DNA of 39,119 nucleotides from Myxococcota bacterium (GCA_040752415.1 JBFMGU010000084.1:1-39119), one strand, 5' to 3'; positions 25,690 to 35,538 are shown, counted from the stretch's first letter. Notes: generated by a model from the sequence alone, not told the origin. Numbers and translations: made by a program.

Positions 25690-28600
25690 GGAACCTCGTG
25701 CTGCGCCGACTGTCCCTATCCGCGTTGAGCATGGCGCTGCTGCAGGCATGCAGTGGCGGCTGCCCGGGCCCCGCACCGGATTCCTCCCTGGGTGAAGTCA
25801 CGGTGCAGGGCCTGGCCCAAGGTGCCCTGGTCTCCCACGGGGCCCACGACGTCATCCTCCTCATCCACCACTCCGCGAAGTACGATCACCAGGAAGTGCT
25901 GCGGCAGGTGGACCTTGCCCGCGCAGCCATGGACATCATCACCGCGGAGTCGGACGAGGCCTGGGAAGCCGGCGTGCCCGGACCCAACCTCGCCGTGCTG
26001 GCGGTGGGGGAGCAGGCCACGCTGGTGCGGGAGCTGGGTGACAACCCCGACGTGTGGCTGTCCGCTTTTGACGACGCGGCAACCTACGCTCCGCGCGGGA
26101 CGCTCTCGCTGGCGGATGGCCTGGAGGTTGCGCTGTCCGAGCTGACGGGCCCCCGGTCCCGACGGGCTGCGCTGCCGGTGGTCCTCTACTTCGCCGCGCA
26201 CGGGTCCAAGGTGCCCGAGGAGCTGGTGGGCCGGCTGGGCGACGCAGGGGTGGTGGTGGCTCATTTTGGCCCGGAGGACCCGGGGCTGTGGCCGGAGGGG
26301 ATGCCCGGGCATGAGCACGTGGGCTTCCCCGGAGACGCGCACGCCCGGTCCTGGATGACCAACCTGCTGCTGATGGACAACGACCCGCTGGCCCTGCGCG
26401 TGCGCGCGCCGGAGGGCTGGCCGGTCCGCATCTACGTGCTGGATGACCGTGGCGAGGCGGTGCACGAGACCACCGGCACCGGGCCGCAGGTGGATGCCAG
26501 CGTGGCGTGGGGGCCCGCCGACAAGGGACGTCGCCTGGAAGTTCGCGTTTCCGCCGGCCTCAACCCCGCCTCCCCGCGCCAGGTGAACGTGGGTGCGGTG
26601 GTGTTGCCGCAGGACCGGCAGCCCGTGGTGCTCAGCGTGTCTCCAACCCAGGCCCAGCCGGGCGAGCACGTGGTGGTGACCGGTCGGTTCTTCTCTCCCG
26701 TGGAGGGCGGCAACCGGGTGACGGTGGGGGCGGGCGTGGAGATCGCCGCGATCACGCTCTCCAAGACCACGCTGGCTTTCGAGCTGCCGGAGACCGCGCT
26801 CGACGGAGAGCTGGGCGTGGTGACGGACGGCTTCGTCTCCCGCAGCGTTGCCTTCCGCGTGGACCATGACGGCGACGGAATTGCCGACCTGGACGAGGTG
26901 GACGCGGCCACCAACCCGTACGACGTGGACACCGATCACGACGGTCACCAGGATCCCGTGGACGCGTGCGCCACGGAGGTCATGGGCGCGGGGAACGTGG
27001 ACGCCTCCGGTTGCACCCTGTGCAACGACGGGGTCCTGCAGGCGGCGGAAGCGGGCGTGGACTGCGGCGCGGCGTGCAACCGGCCCTGTCTGGCGGGGAG
27101 CGTCTGCCGGGTGGACGGGGATTGCACCAGCGGGGCGTGTCACGTGGGGCAGTGCCTGCCCGACTGGTGCACCTCCGGCGAGGTGGATGGCGACGAGCTG
27201 GACGTGGATTGCGGCGGGTCCTGCGCGCCGTGCAGCCCCGGGTCGCCGTGCGCGGTGGTCTCCGACTGCGCCAGTGGCGTGTGTCAGGAGGGGTTGTGTC
27301 GGCCCGCCGGCTGCGTGAACGGCGTCCGGGACGGCAGCGAGACCGACCGGGATTGCGGCGGCTCCTGCCTGGGATGCGCGCCCGGGCTCCAGTGCCTGCA
27401 GACCTCCGACTGTGCCGGGACGTTGTGCACGGAGAACGTGTGCGCGGGTCCGTCCTGTGAGGACGGGCTGGTGAATGGCGAGGAGTCCGACGTGGACTGC
27501 GGTGGCCTGACGTGTCCGGGGTGTGTCCCCGGCAAGGAGTGCAGCGAGGGTTCCGACTGCCTCAGCGGCCTGTGCACCGACGGGGAATGCGACCCACCCA
27601 CCTGCTTCGACTCCGTGCGCAATGGAGACGAGACCGACGTGGATTGCGGTGGGCGCTGCCGGCAGTGTGAGGTGGGATTGGGCTGCCGCGCCGGCGGGGA
27701 CTGCGTTCACGGGGTGTGTGCGGACCGGGTGTGCGCCGCGCCCTCCTGTGGCGACGTGGTTCGCAACGGTGCCGAGACCGACGTGGATTGCGGCGGCGGC
27801 GCGTGCGACCTCTGCGCGCTGGGCAGCGCGTGCCTCACCCATGCCGACTGCGTCACCACCGTGTGCCAGGCAGGCCAGTGCGTGCTGCCCGCCTGTGTGA
27901 ACGGCATCCTCGACGGGCAGGAAACCGCGCTGGACTGCGGCGGCGGCTGCGCGCCGTGCGTCGCCGGTTCCGCCTGCAACGTGGGCAGCGACTGCGACAG
28001 TCGGATCTGCGTGGGCAGCCAGTGCGCGGCGGCGCGATGTGATGACCTGGTGACCAACGGCGGGGAGAGCGACGTGGACTGCGGTGGACCATGCCAGCCG
28101 TGCGCCGAGCTCGGGCGGTGCCGCGTGAACGAGGATTGCGCCAGCCTCTCCTGCAGCCAGGGTTCCTGCAACGCGTCGTCGTGCCAGGACCTCATCCGCA
28201 ACGGGCAGGAGACCGACGTGGACTGCGGCGGCACCGTGTGCTCCGCGTGTGACACCGGCCTGCACTGCGCGCTGCCAGGCGACTGTGAAAGCGGCGACTG
28301 CCTGGCCGGCACCTGCGTGGAGCCCACTTGTGACGACGCGCGGCGCAATGGCGGGGAGACCGCGGTGGACTGCGGTGGACCCGCCTGCGGACGGTGCGCG
28401 GACGGACTGACCTGCCTCACGCGCGACGACTGCCTGAGCCGGGTGTGCCAGGGGGACGGCACCTGCGCCGTGCCCACCTGTACCGATGGTGAGCGCAACG
28501 GCCTGGAAGGCGACGTGGACTGCGGCGGCCCGTGCGCGGACTGCGTGGCCAACCAGCGGTGCAACACCGGCACCGACTGCGACAGCGGCGTGTGCCGCGT

Positions 28601-31600
28601 GTCCCATAGTGTGGGCATCTGCCAGCCGCCGCTGTGCACCGACCGCCTGCAGAACGGCACGGAGACGGACGTGGACTGCGGTGGCGCGGACTGCCTCCCG
28701 TGCGCGAACAATCTCACCTGCGTGGTGGACGCGGACTGCGAGAGCGGCCGCTGTGACCCGTCCGCCGACGGAATGGCCTGCACGCCGCCCGCCTGTGACG
28801 ACGGCGTCGCCAACGGGACGGAGAGCGACGTCGACTGCGGAGGAAGCTGCGCCCTCGACTGCGCGGACGGCCTGGCGTGCGGGACGGCGGATGACTGCCA
28901 GAGCCGCGTGTGCGACCTGCAGGAATGCCAGCCCCCCTCCTGTGCCGACGTCACCGTCAACGGAGCGGAGACCGACGTGGACTGCGGCGGCGGCCTGTGC
29001 ACGCCCTGCCTGGCCGGGAACACGTGCCTGCTTGCCGCGGACTGCGAGAGCGGTGTGTGTGGCCAGGACGGGACCTGCCAGGAGCCCACGTGCCAGGACG
29101 GCACGCGCAACGGTGTCGAGGTGGACGTCGACTGCGGTGGCGCCTGCGGGCCGTGCGCGGATGGCGCGCGCTGCACCGTGGCGACGGACTGTACGAGCGG
29201 CGTCTGTGTCGACGACGGGAACGGCGGGCTCGCCTGTGCGGCGCCCAGCTGCCTGGACGGCGTGCGCAACGGCGGGGAGACCGACGTCGACTGCGCGGGG
29301 CCCTGCGGCCCCTGCGAGCTTGGGCAGGCGTGTTCCGCGTTCGCCGACTGCGTGTCCGGCATGTGTCGCCACGGGGCGTGCGTGCTCAATACCTGCGCCA
29401 ACGGCGTGAAGGACGGGGAGGAGACCGACGTGGACTGCGGCGGCGCCTGCGCGCCATGCGACACCGGCCTGTACTGTCTCATCGGCGAGGACTGCCAAAG
29501 CTCCTGGTGCCACAACGAGGTGTGTGAGGTGCCGCCGAGCTGCAACACCATCCGCCTGGGCAATGCCACGGCGGGCAGTGGCGTCTACGTGGTCAAGCCG
29601 GTGGGCGCGGCGTCCCCGCTCCCCATCTACTGCGACATGACCACCGACGGCGGCGGGTGGACGTTGGTGGCGTCTTCGCGCGGGGCTCCGCTGAATGACC
29701 AGGCGGATGGCTACTCCACCGACCTGGCGTCTGCGCTACCCACCACCGTCGGCGTTGGCGTGTATGACGGCCTGCGGGCCACCGTGGTGGATCGCGCCAC
29801 GGACCTGCGTTTCACCTGCCGCGCCGCGCCGGATACCGCGCCGTCCGACGACGTGGACCTCACGTTCTACGGCGTGGGTTGGTACAACACCATCACCTCC
29901 GGGACGGACGCGGACAGTTGCTTCAACGTGGTGGCCACCGGCCTGGTCGACATCCCGGCCCGCCGGGACAACCGCAGCGGGGAGGCCCGCGCGGTGGGAG
30001 CGCGCTGGGGAACGCCGCACCACGCGCCGGTGGGGGAGAACGTCTGCGGTGATGACGGAGACTTCACCATCGACTTCGACGACTCCGGCATGGACGGCAA
30101 CGAGCGCGACGGCACCGACTGGGGTGAGGACGACGGCTTTGCCAAGTGCGGGTCCGCCTACACCGCCGACGGCATCTGGCAGGTGTGGCTGAGGGAGCCC
30201 CTGCACGGCTGCTACAACGGCGTGCTCGACGCGGGGGAGGACGGCGTAGATTGCGGCGGTTCCTGCGTGGCGTGTCCCACCCCGTGCGTGGATGCGCTGG
30301 ATTGCACCAGCGGGGTCTGCAGTCGCGGCGTGTGCCGTCCGCCCCGCTGTGATGACGAGGTGCGCAACGCCGACGAGACCGACGTGGATTGCGGCGGTAG
30401 CTGCGCGCTGGCCTGCCCGCAGGGCGGTGGCTGCGCGGTGGACGCGGACTGCGACAACGGGCAGTGCGCGGAGGGCCTGTGTCGGCCGGGTACCTGCTTT
30501 GACGGGCTGGTCAACAACGGTGAGACCGCGCTGAACTGCGGTGGCCCGTGTGTGCCTTGTGAGCTGGGGGCCGCGTGCAGCGTTGACGGGGATTGCCGCA
30601 GCGGCGCGTGCGACGGGGCCGCGTGCATCCCCGAGCCGTGCGCCAACGGCGGGCTGGATCTTGCGTTCGGGGAGTCGGACGTGGACTGCGGCGGGACGCG
30701 GTGCGCGCCGTGCCGCAGCGGCCGCGCGTGCCTGGTGGGAGAGGACTGCCAATCCGGCGCCTGCGACGCCAACGCGTGCCGTGCCATCCACTCCTGCTCG
30801 GACCTGCTGGGGATTCCCGGCGCGCACACCAGCGGCAGCTACGAGTTGGTGGCTTCCGACCAGTCCTGGACCCGCGACGTGTGGTGCGACATGGACAGCG
30901 ACGGCGGCGGCTGGACGCTGGTGGCCATCTCCCATGGCACGCCGCTGTCGGACGAGGCCGGCGCGTTCCACCAGGACCTCTCCACCGGGGTGGCCACGGT
31001 TGCCAACCGCGGCGTGTGGTCGGAGCTGCGCCCGGAGACGCCTTCGCGACACGACGTGCGCTTCACCTGTCGGGCCGAGGCGTTCCGCCCGGTCAGCACC
31101 GTGGACCTCTCGTTCTACGGCGTGGATTGGTACCACCGCATCACCGGCGGGTCTGACGCGGTCAGCTGTTTCAACGACGGCATCAACGGAGGCGCCCCGC
31201 GGCCCCACCCCCGGCGGCGCAACAACGTCACCGGGCAGGTGTTGGACCGGGGCGTCGACTATGCGCAGGGCGCGCTGATTGGCGAGGATGAATGCGCCGC
31301 GAATGATGACTTCACCGTTGACTTCAATGACCGCGGCATGGACGGCAACGAAGGCGACGGCTCCGACTGGGGTGAGGACGACGGCACCGCCAAGTGCGGG
31401 GGGCCCACGGACACCGGACTGGCCGCGTGGTACATCTGGGTCCGCAACCTCCAGCCGGCATGCACGGATGGCGTGCTCTCCCTGGATGAGACGGACGTGG
31501 ATTGCGGTGGCTCCTGTGCCGCGTGCGTTGTGGGTCAGACCTGCCGGCAAGGCGCGGACTGCGCGGGCGGCAGCTGCGTGAGCGGCACGTGCGCGAACTG

Positions 31601-31601
31601 A
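25686..31601 (+). CDS. Giant Cys-rich repeat lipoprotein (1971 aa) with degenerate vWA-like, IPT/TIG and TSP3-like regions, ~22 ETDVDCGG repeats and two fibrinogen-like domains
   Basis: GTGA overlap. Lipobox SMALLQA|C. IPT motif PVVLSVSPTQAQPGEHVVVTGRFF. DHDGDGIAD...NPYDVDTDHDG. Fibrinogen-like motifs YCDMTTDGGGWTLV (~29628) and WCDMDSDGGGWTLV (~30882). Confidence 0.85.
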   Translation: MRNLVLRRLSLSALSMALLQACSGGCPGPAPDSSLGEVTVQGLAQGALVSHGAHDVILLIHHSAKYDHQEVLRQVDLARAAMDIITAESDEAWEAGVPGPNLAVLAVGEQATLVRELGDNPDVWLSAFDDAATYAPRGTLSLADGLEVALSELTGPRSRRAALPVVLYFAAHGSKVPEELVGRLGDAGVVVAHFGPEDPGLWPEGMPGHEHVGFPGDAHARSWMTNLLLMDNDPLALRVRAPEGWPVRIYVLDDRGEAVHETTGTGPQVDASVAWGPADKGRRLEVRVSAGLNPASPRQVNVGAVVLPQDRQPVVLSVSPTQAQPGEHVVVTGRFFSPVEGGNRVTVGAGVEIAAITLSKTTLAFELPETALDGELGVVTDGFVSRSVAFRVDHDGDGIADLDEVDAATNPYDVDTDHDGHQDPVDACATEVMGAGNVDASGCTLCNDGVLQAAEAGVDCGAACNRPCLAGSVCRVDGDCTSGACHVGQCLPDWCTSGEVDGDELDVDCGGSCAPCSPGSPCAVVSDCASGVCQEGLCRPAGCVNGVRDGSETDRDCGGSCLGCAPGLQCLQTSDCAGTLCTENVCAGPSCEDGLVNGEESDVDCGGLTCPGCVPGKECSEGSDCLSGLCTDGECDPPTCFDSVRNGDETDVDCGGRCRQCEVGLGCRAGGDCVHGVCADRVCAAPSCGDVVRNGAETDVDCGGGACDLCALGSACLTHADCVTTVCQAGQCVLPACVNGILDGQETALDCGGGCAPCVAGSACNVGSDCDSRICVGSQCAAARCDDLVTNGGESDVDCGGPCQPCAELGRCRVNEDCASLSCSQGSCNASSCQDLIRNGQETDVDCGGTVCSACDTGLHCALPGDCESGDCLAGTCVEPTCDDARRNGGETAVDCGGPACGRCADGLTCLTRDDCLSRVCQGDGTCAVPTCTDGERNGLEGDVDCGGPCADCVANQRCNTGTDCDSGVCRVSHSVGICQPPLCTDRLQNGTETDVDCGGADCLPCANNLTCVVDADCESGRCDPSADGMACTPPACDDGVANGTESDVDCGGSCALDCADGLACGTADDCQSRVCDLQECQPPSCADVTVNGAETDVDCGGGLCTPCLAGNTCLLAADCESGVCGQDGTCQEPTCQDGTRNGVEVDVDCGGACGPCADGARCTVATDCTSGVCVDDGNGGLACAAPSCLDGVRNGGETDVDCAGPCGPCELGQACSAFADCVSGMCRHGACVLNTCANGVKDGEETDVDCGGACAPCDTGLYCLIGEDCQSSWCHNEVCEVPPSCNTIRLGNATAGSGVYVVKPVGAASPLPIYCDMTTDGGGWTLVASSRGAPLNDQADGYSTDLASALPTTVGVGVYDGLRATVVDRATDLRFTCRAAPDTAPSDDVDLTFYGVGWYNTITSGTDADSCFNVVATGLVDIPARRDNRSGEARAVGARWGTPHHAPVGENVCGDDGDFTIDFDDSGMDGNERDGTDWGEDDGFAKCGSAYTADGIWQVWLREPLHGCYNGVLDAGEDGVDCGGSCVACPTPCVDALDCTSGVCSRGVCRPPRCDDEVRNADETDVDCGGSCALACPQGGGCAVDADCDNGQCAEGLCRPGTCFDGLVNNGETALNCGGPCVPCELGAACSVDGDCRSGACDGAACIPEPCANGGLDLAFGESDVDCGGTRCAPCRSGRACLVGEDCQSGACDANACRAIHSCSDLLGIPGAHTSGSYELVASDQSWTRDVWCDMDSDGGGWTLVAISHGTPLSDEAGAFHQDLSTGVATVANRGVWSELRPETPSRHDVRFTCRAEAFRPVSTVDLSFYGVDWYHRITGGSDAVSCFNDGINGGAPRPHPRRRNNVTGQVLDRGVDYAQGALIGEDECAANDDFTVDFNDRGMDGNEGDGSDWGEDDGTAKCGGPTDTGLAAWYIWVRNLQPACTDGVLSLDETDVDCGGSCAACVVGQTCRQGADCAGGSCVSGTCAN

Positions 31602-32275
31602 GGTTGTTGGGGTGTCTTTTCACCCTGTGGGGCGCGGTGCTGGCGGGCTGTCAGCGCGAGGAGGTCTCGCGCGTGGCGGTGGTTGACCTGGCGCGCCTCT
31701 CCTCAGAGCTGGGTCAGGACTCGCGGGTGGAGCGCCTGATGGTGGAGGAGCAGCGCGAGCAGCTCGGGAAGCTGGAGGCCAGCAAGGCGGAGCTCACGCG
31801 GCGTCTGGAGGAGTCCAGCAAGGTCCTGGGACCCCATCCCACGCCGGAGCAGAAGCAGGCGCACCAGGCCCTCAAGGAAGAGTTCCAACACCGGCTGGAC
31901 GTGGCTTCCGAGGAGAGTCGCCGCGCCGTGGAACTGAAGCGCAAGCAGCTCAAGGACCGCTTCCGCGAGGACGTGAGGACCGTGGCGCGGCGGCTTGGGG
32001 CCGCCAAGGGGATCCAGCTCATTGTGCTGTCCGGGGACCAGGTGCTGGACCACGACCCCGCCATCGACATCACCGGCCTGGTTCTCGCCGAGATGCGCCA
32101 AGCCCAGAGCGACGCCCCGCCAACGGGCCCCGCCCCGCTGCCCCCGCCCGAGCAGCGCGGACCGGTGTCGCCTCCGTCGGGAGCGGGTGGGTTGCCGTCT
32201 CCGGTGCCCGTTGCCCCACCGCCCCAGCCCGGTGCTCAGGGCGCCCTCCCACCGCCGGCGACGGGTGGGCCCTGA
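31589..32275 (+). CDS. Skp/OmpH-family chaperone-like lipoprotein with a Pro-rich tail
   Basis: The proposed GTG start at 31589 overlaps the upstream gene end and gives MRELRLLGCLFTLWGAVLAG|C. Skp motifs RVAVVDL, a long coiled coil, and AAKGIQLIVL...VLDHDPAIDITGLVL. Confidence 0.8.
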   Translation: MRELRLLGCLFTLWGAVLAGCQREEVSRVAVVDLARLSSELGQDSRVERLMVEEQREQLGKLEASKAELTRRLEESSKVLGPHPTPEQKQAHQALKEEFQHRLDVASEESRRAVELKRKQLKDRFREDVRTVARRLGAAKGIQLIVLSGDQVLDHDPAIDITGLVLAEMRQAQSDAPPTGPAPLPPPEQRGPVSPPSGAGGLPSPVPVAPPPQPGAQGALPPPATGGP

Positions 32276-32278
32276 AGC

Positions 32279-32923
32279 TCACTTGCGCAGCAGCTTGAAC
32301 GCGTGGGCCCACGTGTTGGTCTTGAGCCCGTAGCCCACCCAGAGCAGGCACAGCGGCTCCAGGAAGCGTGAAGCCTCGACGCCGCCCACGTCGACGGTGC
32401 CCCAGCCGAAGTCCTTGAGGATGGACTCCATCTTCTTCTTGGCGTCGGCGTTGTTGCCACAGATGAACATGTCCGGCGGACCACCCGGGAACTCCGGACG
32501 GAACATGTACGCGTTGCCCACGCTGTTGAACGCCTTGACCACGTGGGCGCCTGGCGCCGCACGCTGCACGCGCTCACCCAACGAGTCCGTGTGCCCCACG
32601 AAGAACCTGGGCGGCATGCCCGCGGAGAGGTCCAGCGGATTGGTGGTGTCGACGAGCAGCTTGCCGTTGAGCGCCTCCGCACCAATGCCCTTGAGGACCT
32701 CCTCCGCCACGGCTCCCTGCGTGGCCAGCACCACCACCTCACCAAACAGCGCGGCCTCCTTGAACGTCCCCACCGAGGCCTTGGGGCCCACCTCCCTGGC
32801 CCACGCCAGCGCCTTCTCATTGCGCGCCTCGCGGGAGCCCATCTTCACCTCGTGACCCAGCGTGGCAAACCCCCGACCCAAGGCCCGCCCCACGTCACCG
32901 GTTCCAAGCATAGCAACCTTCAT
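32279..32923 (-). CDS. NADP oxidoreductase, F420-dependent family (NADPH-dependent F420 reductase-like)
   Basis: Rossmann motif MKVAMLGTGDVG, GSR, GKLLVDTTNPL, SLGERVQ, VVKAFNSV, ICGNNADAK and VDVGGVEASRFLEPL. A GGAGG-like RBS lies upstream of the ATG at 32923. Confidence 0.88.
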   Translation of the reverse strand: MKVAMLGTGDVGRALGRGFATLGHEVKMGSREARNEKALAWAREVGPKASVGTFKEAALFGEVVVLATQGAVAEEVLKGIGAEALNGKLLVDTTNPLDLSAGMPPRFFVGHTDSLGERVQRAAPGAHVVKAFNSVGNAYMFRPEFPGGPPDMFICGNNADAKKKMESILKDFGWGTVDVGGVEASRFLEPLCLLWVGYGLKTNTWAHAFKLLRK

Positions 32924-33163
32924 GATCGTCCTCCGTCTCCGGCGCCGGACCGACGTGGGCCCGGCCGCGATCTGGAATTGGGCGGCCAGTGGTACGCCGG
33001 TCCCGTCGGTGCGTCCATGCCTCGGTCCGCGTTCTTCGGGCGGGTGGCAGACAACGTCGTCACGCAGGGCGTGGTCGGCTCGAGCCCGGCGCATGGGTGG
33101 GGCTTGCCGAGGGGGTTGGACGGGGGCACAACCGTTTCTGGAAGCCGGACCGGTCCGGGACGC

Positions 33164-35533
33164 ATGGGCGGCAACGTGGACGCACTCCGTGGCGTGGCGC
33201 TGGTTGGACGACGACGGGAGCTCGATGCCCTCCGTGACCTGGTCCGCGCCGCTCCGTCCACCATCACGGTGCTGGGGGCGCCCGGTTGCGGGAAGAGCCA
33301 GCTGGTCCGGGAGCTGATGCGGGAGATGGAGCTGCCCGCCGTCGTCGTGGACGGGGATGCCCTGGCGGATTCCCCCTCCACCGCGCTGCGAGCGTGGCCG
33401 GAGGACGGACGGCCCGTGGTGGTGGACAACGCGGAGCGCGCCGCGGACTTCCTGGCGCGGAGCCTGCCGCAGCGACGGAGAGCCGGGCCCGTGATCGCCA
33501 CGTCACGTCGAGCGCTGCGCCTGCAGGATGAAGTGCGCGTGGAGATCCCGCCGTTGAGCGTGGAGGACGGCGTGGCGTTGTTCCTGGCGCGCGCGCAGCA
33601 CACCCGTCACGGCTACGCCGCCGACGAGCGCGAGGTCCGGCGACTGGTGGAGCTGCTGGATGGCAACCCGCTGTGCATCACGCTGGCGGCGGCGCGCGTG
33701 AACGTGCTCAGCGTGGCGGAGCTGGTGACGCGTTTGGGGCGCGGCGTGGACCTGCTGACGGCGCCGTGGGTGGACGCGCCCGCGCGGCATGCGTCGTGGA
33801 TGGCGGCCATGGATGTGAGCTGGTCGCTGCTGACCGACGCGGAACGCGAGGTGCTGGCGCGCTGCTCGGTGTTCCCGGGGAGCTTCACCGCGGAGGCCGC
33901 CCAACACGTCCTGGCGTGGGATGGCGACGTGCTGGAGGTTCTCGCCGGTTTGCGCGAACAGTCACTGCTGCGCGCCGCGTCCTCCCTGGAGGTGCCGGGG
34001 CAGACCCGTTTCCTGGTGCCCCACGTGATTCGTGCCGCGGTGGCGTCGCGCCTGGAGCAGGAGATGTTGGCGCAGCTGGAGCAGAGACACACGCGACACT
34101 TCCTGGCTGACGCGGAGCAATGGGCGGCCAAGGCCGTGGGTGACGACGTCACACCCTCCCAACCCGACGCGCTGGCCCACCTGGCCGCGGAACGTGAGCA
34201 CCTGCGCGCCATCCACCTCCGTTGCAGGGACCAGGATCCCGCGGAGGCCGCGCGGGCGCTCCTCACGTTGGAGCCGGTGTTGTTCCTGCGCGGCCCGGTG
34301 GAGGAGCACCGCGAGGTGGTGAAGGAGGCCGAGCAGCTCGCGCGTCGCGCCGACGACCCGCGGCTCCTGGTGCGTGCCCTGTTGGCCCGGGCCCGGACGC
34401 ACGGCGTGACAGGGAACTGCGCCACCGCGCGCAGCCTGCTGACAGAAGCCAACCAGGTGTGCGTGGCGCACGCGGACATGGAGGACCTGCGCGGTGGCGT
34501 GCTGTGGCTGCTGGCGTTTGTGCTCTGGAAGCTGGGGGCCACGGACGCATCCACGGAGGTCGCCACGGAGCTGCTGGAGGTGTCGCGTCGTCGGGGCGCG
34601 CGGTTCCACGAGGCGTGCGCGCACGCGATGTTGGGGCGACTGCAGGCCTCACGGGGACAGCTGGACCGCGCCGTGGAGCTCTACGAGGAGGCCCTGCGCA
34701 TCTACCAGCCGCTGGAGGCGCGTCGGCAGCTGGCCATTGGCATGTTCAACCTGGGCGCGGTGCTGCACGCTCGCGGGGATCTCCGTCGCGCGCTGGCGCA
34801 CTTCGAGCGCTCCCTGGGGTTCTTCACGGAGCTGGGCGACCGGGTCCTGCAGGGGAAGGTGCTGGTGCAGATGGTCTCCGTGTTCCGGGCCATGGGGCAG
34901 CCTGAGCAGGCCAGGGAGCTGCAGGAGCAGGCGCTGCGACACGCCCAGGCCAGCGGCGACCGGGAGAGCGAGGTTTCCGTGCGGCTGGAGTCCGCGCAGC
35001 TCCTGATGGACCTGGGGCGTTGGGAAGACGCCGCGCAGCTCCTGGACCGTGCGCTGGTGGACGCCACCGACCTGGATCCCCCCGGTCTGACCCAGCGTGC
35101 GCTGAGACTCCGCGCCGCCGTTCCCGACCCGCCCACCGCCGCCACGCCCGGGAATGGCGCGGGAGGGCCGTCCACCGCGGTGGCCCCGGGAACCCAGGTG
35201 CTCTGGCTCTCCGAGGACGGCCGTACATTCCGTCTCGGGACCAGCCCGGTGCGGAACCTCGCGCGCAGGCGGTCCCTGCGGCTCATCCTGCTTCGCCTGG
35301 CGCGCGAGCGGCTTGCGCACCCCGGCCGTGGCAGCAGCCTGGATGAGCTGTTGGCAACGGGTTGGCCCGGGGAGCGCGTGTTGCCGGAGAGCGCGGCCCA
35401 GCGCGTCTACACCGCCATCTCCGAGCTGCGCCAGATGGGCCTGGGCTCCCACCTCCTCACCCACGACGAGGGCTACCTCCTGGACCCCCGCGTGGAGGTG
35501 AGGAAACTCCTGCGTCCTGAAACGCAAACCTGA
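33164..35533 (+). CDS. STAND-type ATPase with TPR repeats and a C-terminal winged-helix DNA-binding domain (putative transcriptional regulator)
   Basis: LVGRRREL; Walker A GAPGCGKS; Walker B VVVDNAE; LDGNPLCITLAAAR; SWSLL...LARCSVFPGSF; TPRs; C-terminal LDELLATGWPGERV...RVYTAISELRQMGL...GYLL. The start is inferred because the ORF-track upstream extension overlaps the divergent gene. Confidence 0.82.
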   Translation: MGGNVDALRGVALVGRRRELDALRDLVRAAPSTITVLGAPGCGKSQLVRELMREMELPAVVVDGDALADSPSTALRAWPEDGRPVVVDNAERAADFLARSLPQRRRAGPVIATSRRALRLQDEVRVEIPPLSVEDGVALFLARAQHTRHGYAADEREVRRLVELLDGNPLCITLAAARVNVLSVAELVTRLGRGVDLLTAPWVDAPARHASWMAAMDVSWSLLTDAEREVLARCSVFPGSFTAEAAQHVLAWDGDVLEVLAGLREQSLLRAASSLEVPGQTRFLVPHVIRAAVASRLEQEMLAQLEQRHTRHFLADAEQWAAKAVGDDVTPSQPDALAHLAAEREHLRAIHLRCRDQDPAEAARALLTLEPVLFLRGPVEEHREVVKEAEQLARRADDPRLLVRALLARARTHGVTGNCATARSLLTEANQVCVAHADMEDLRGGVLWLLAFVLWKLGATDASTEVATELLEVSRRRGARFHEACAHAMLGRLQASRGQLDRAVELYEEALRIYQPLEARRQLAIGMFNLGAVLHARGDLRRALAHFERSLGFFTELGDRVLQGKVLVQMVSVFRAMGQPEQARELQEQALRHAQASGDRESEVSVRLESAQLLMDLGRWEDAAQLLDRALVDATDLDPPGLTQRALRLRAAVPDPPTAATPGNGAGGPSTAVAPGTQVLWLSEDGRTFRLGTSPVRNLARRRSLRLILLRLARERLAHPGRGSSLDELLATGWPGERVLPESAAQRVYTAISELRQMGLGSHLLTHDEGYLLDPRVEVRKLLRPETQT

Positions 35534-35538
35534 TGCAT

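Noticed and set aside
32543..33163. N-terminal extension of the 996-aa ORF, and the 32924-33094 extension of the minus-strand oxidoreductase
   Set aside because: The two extensions overlap each other or the divergent gene and lack motifs. Family-like sequence begins at about 33164 (+) and 32923 (-).
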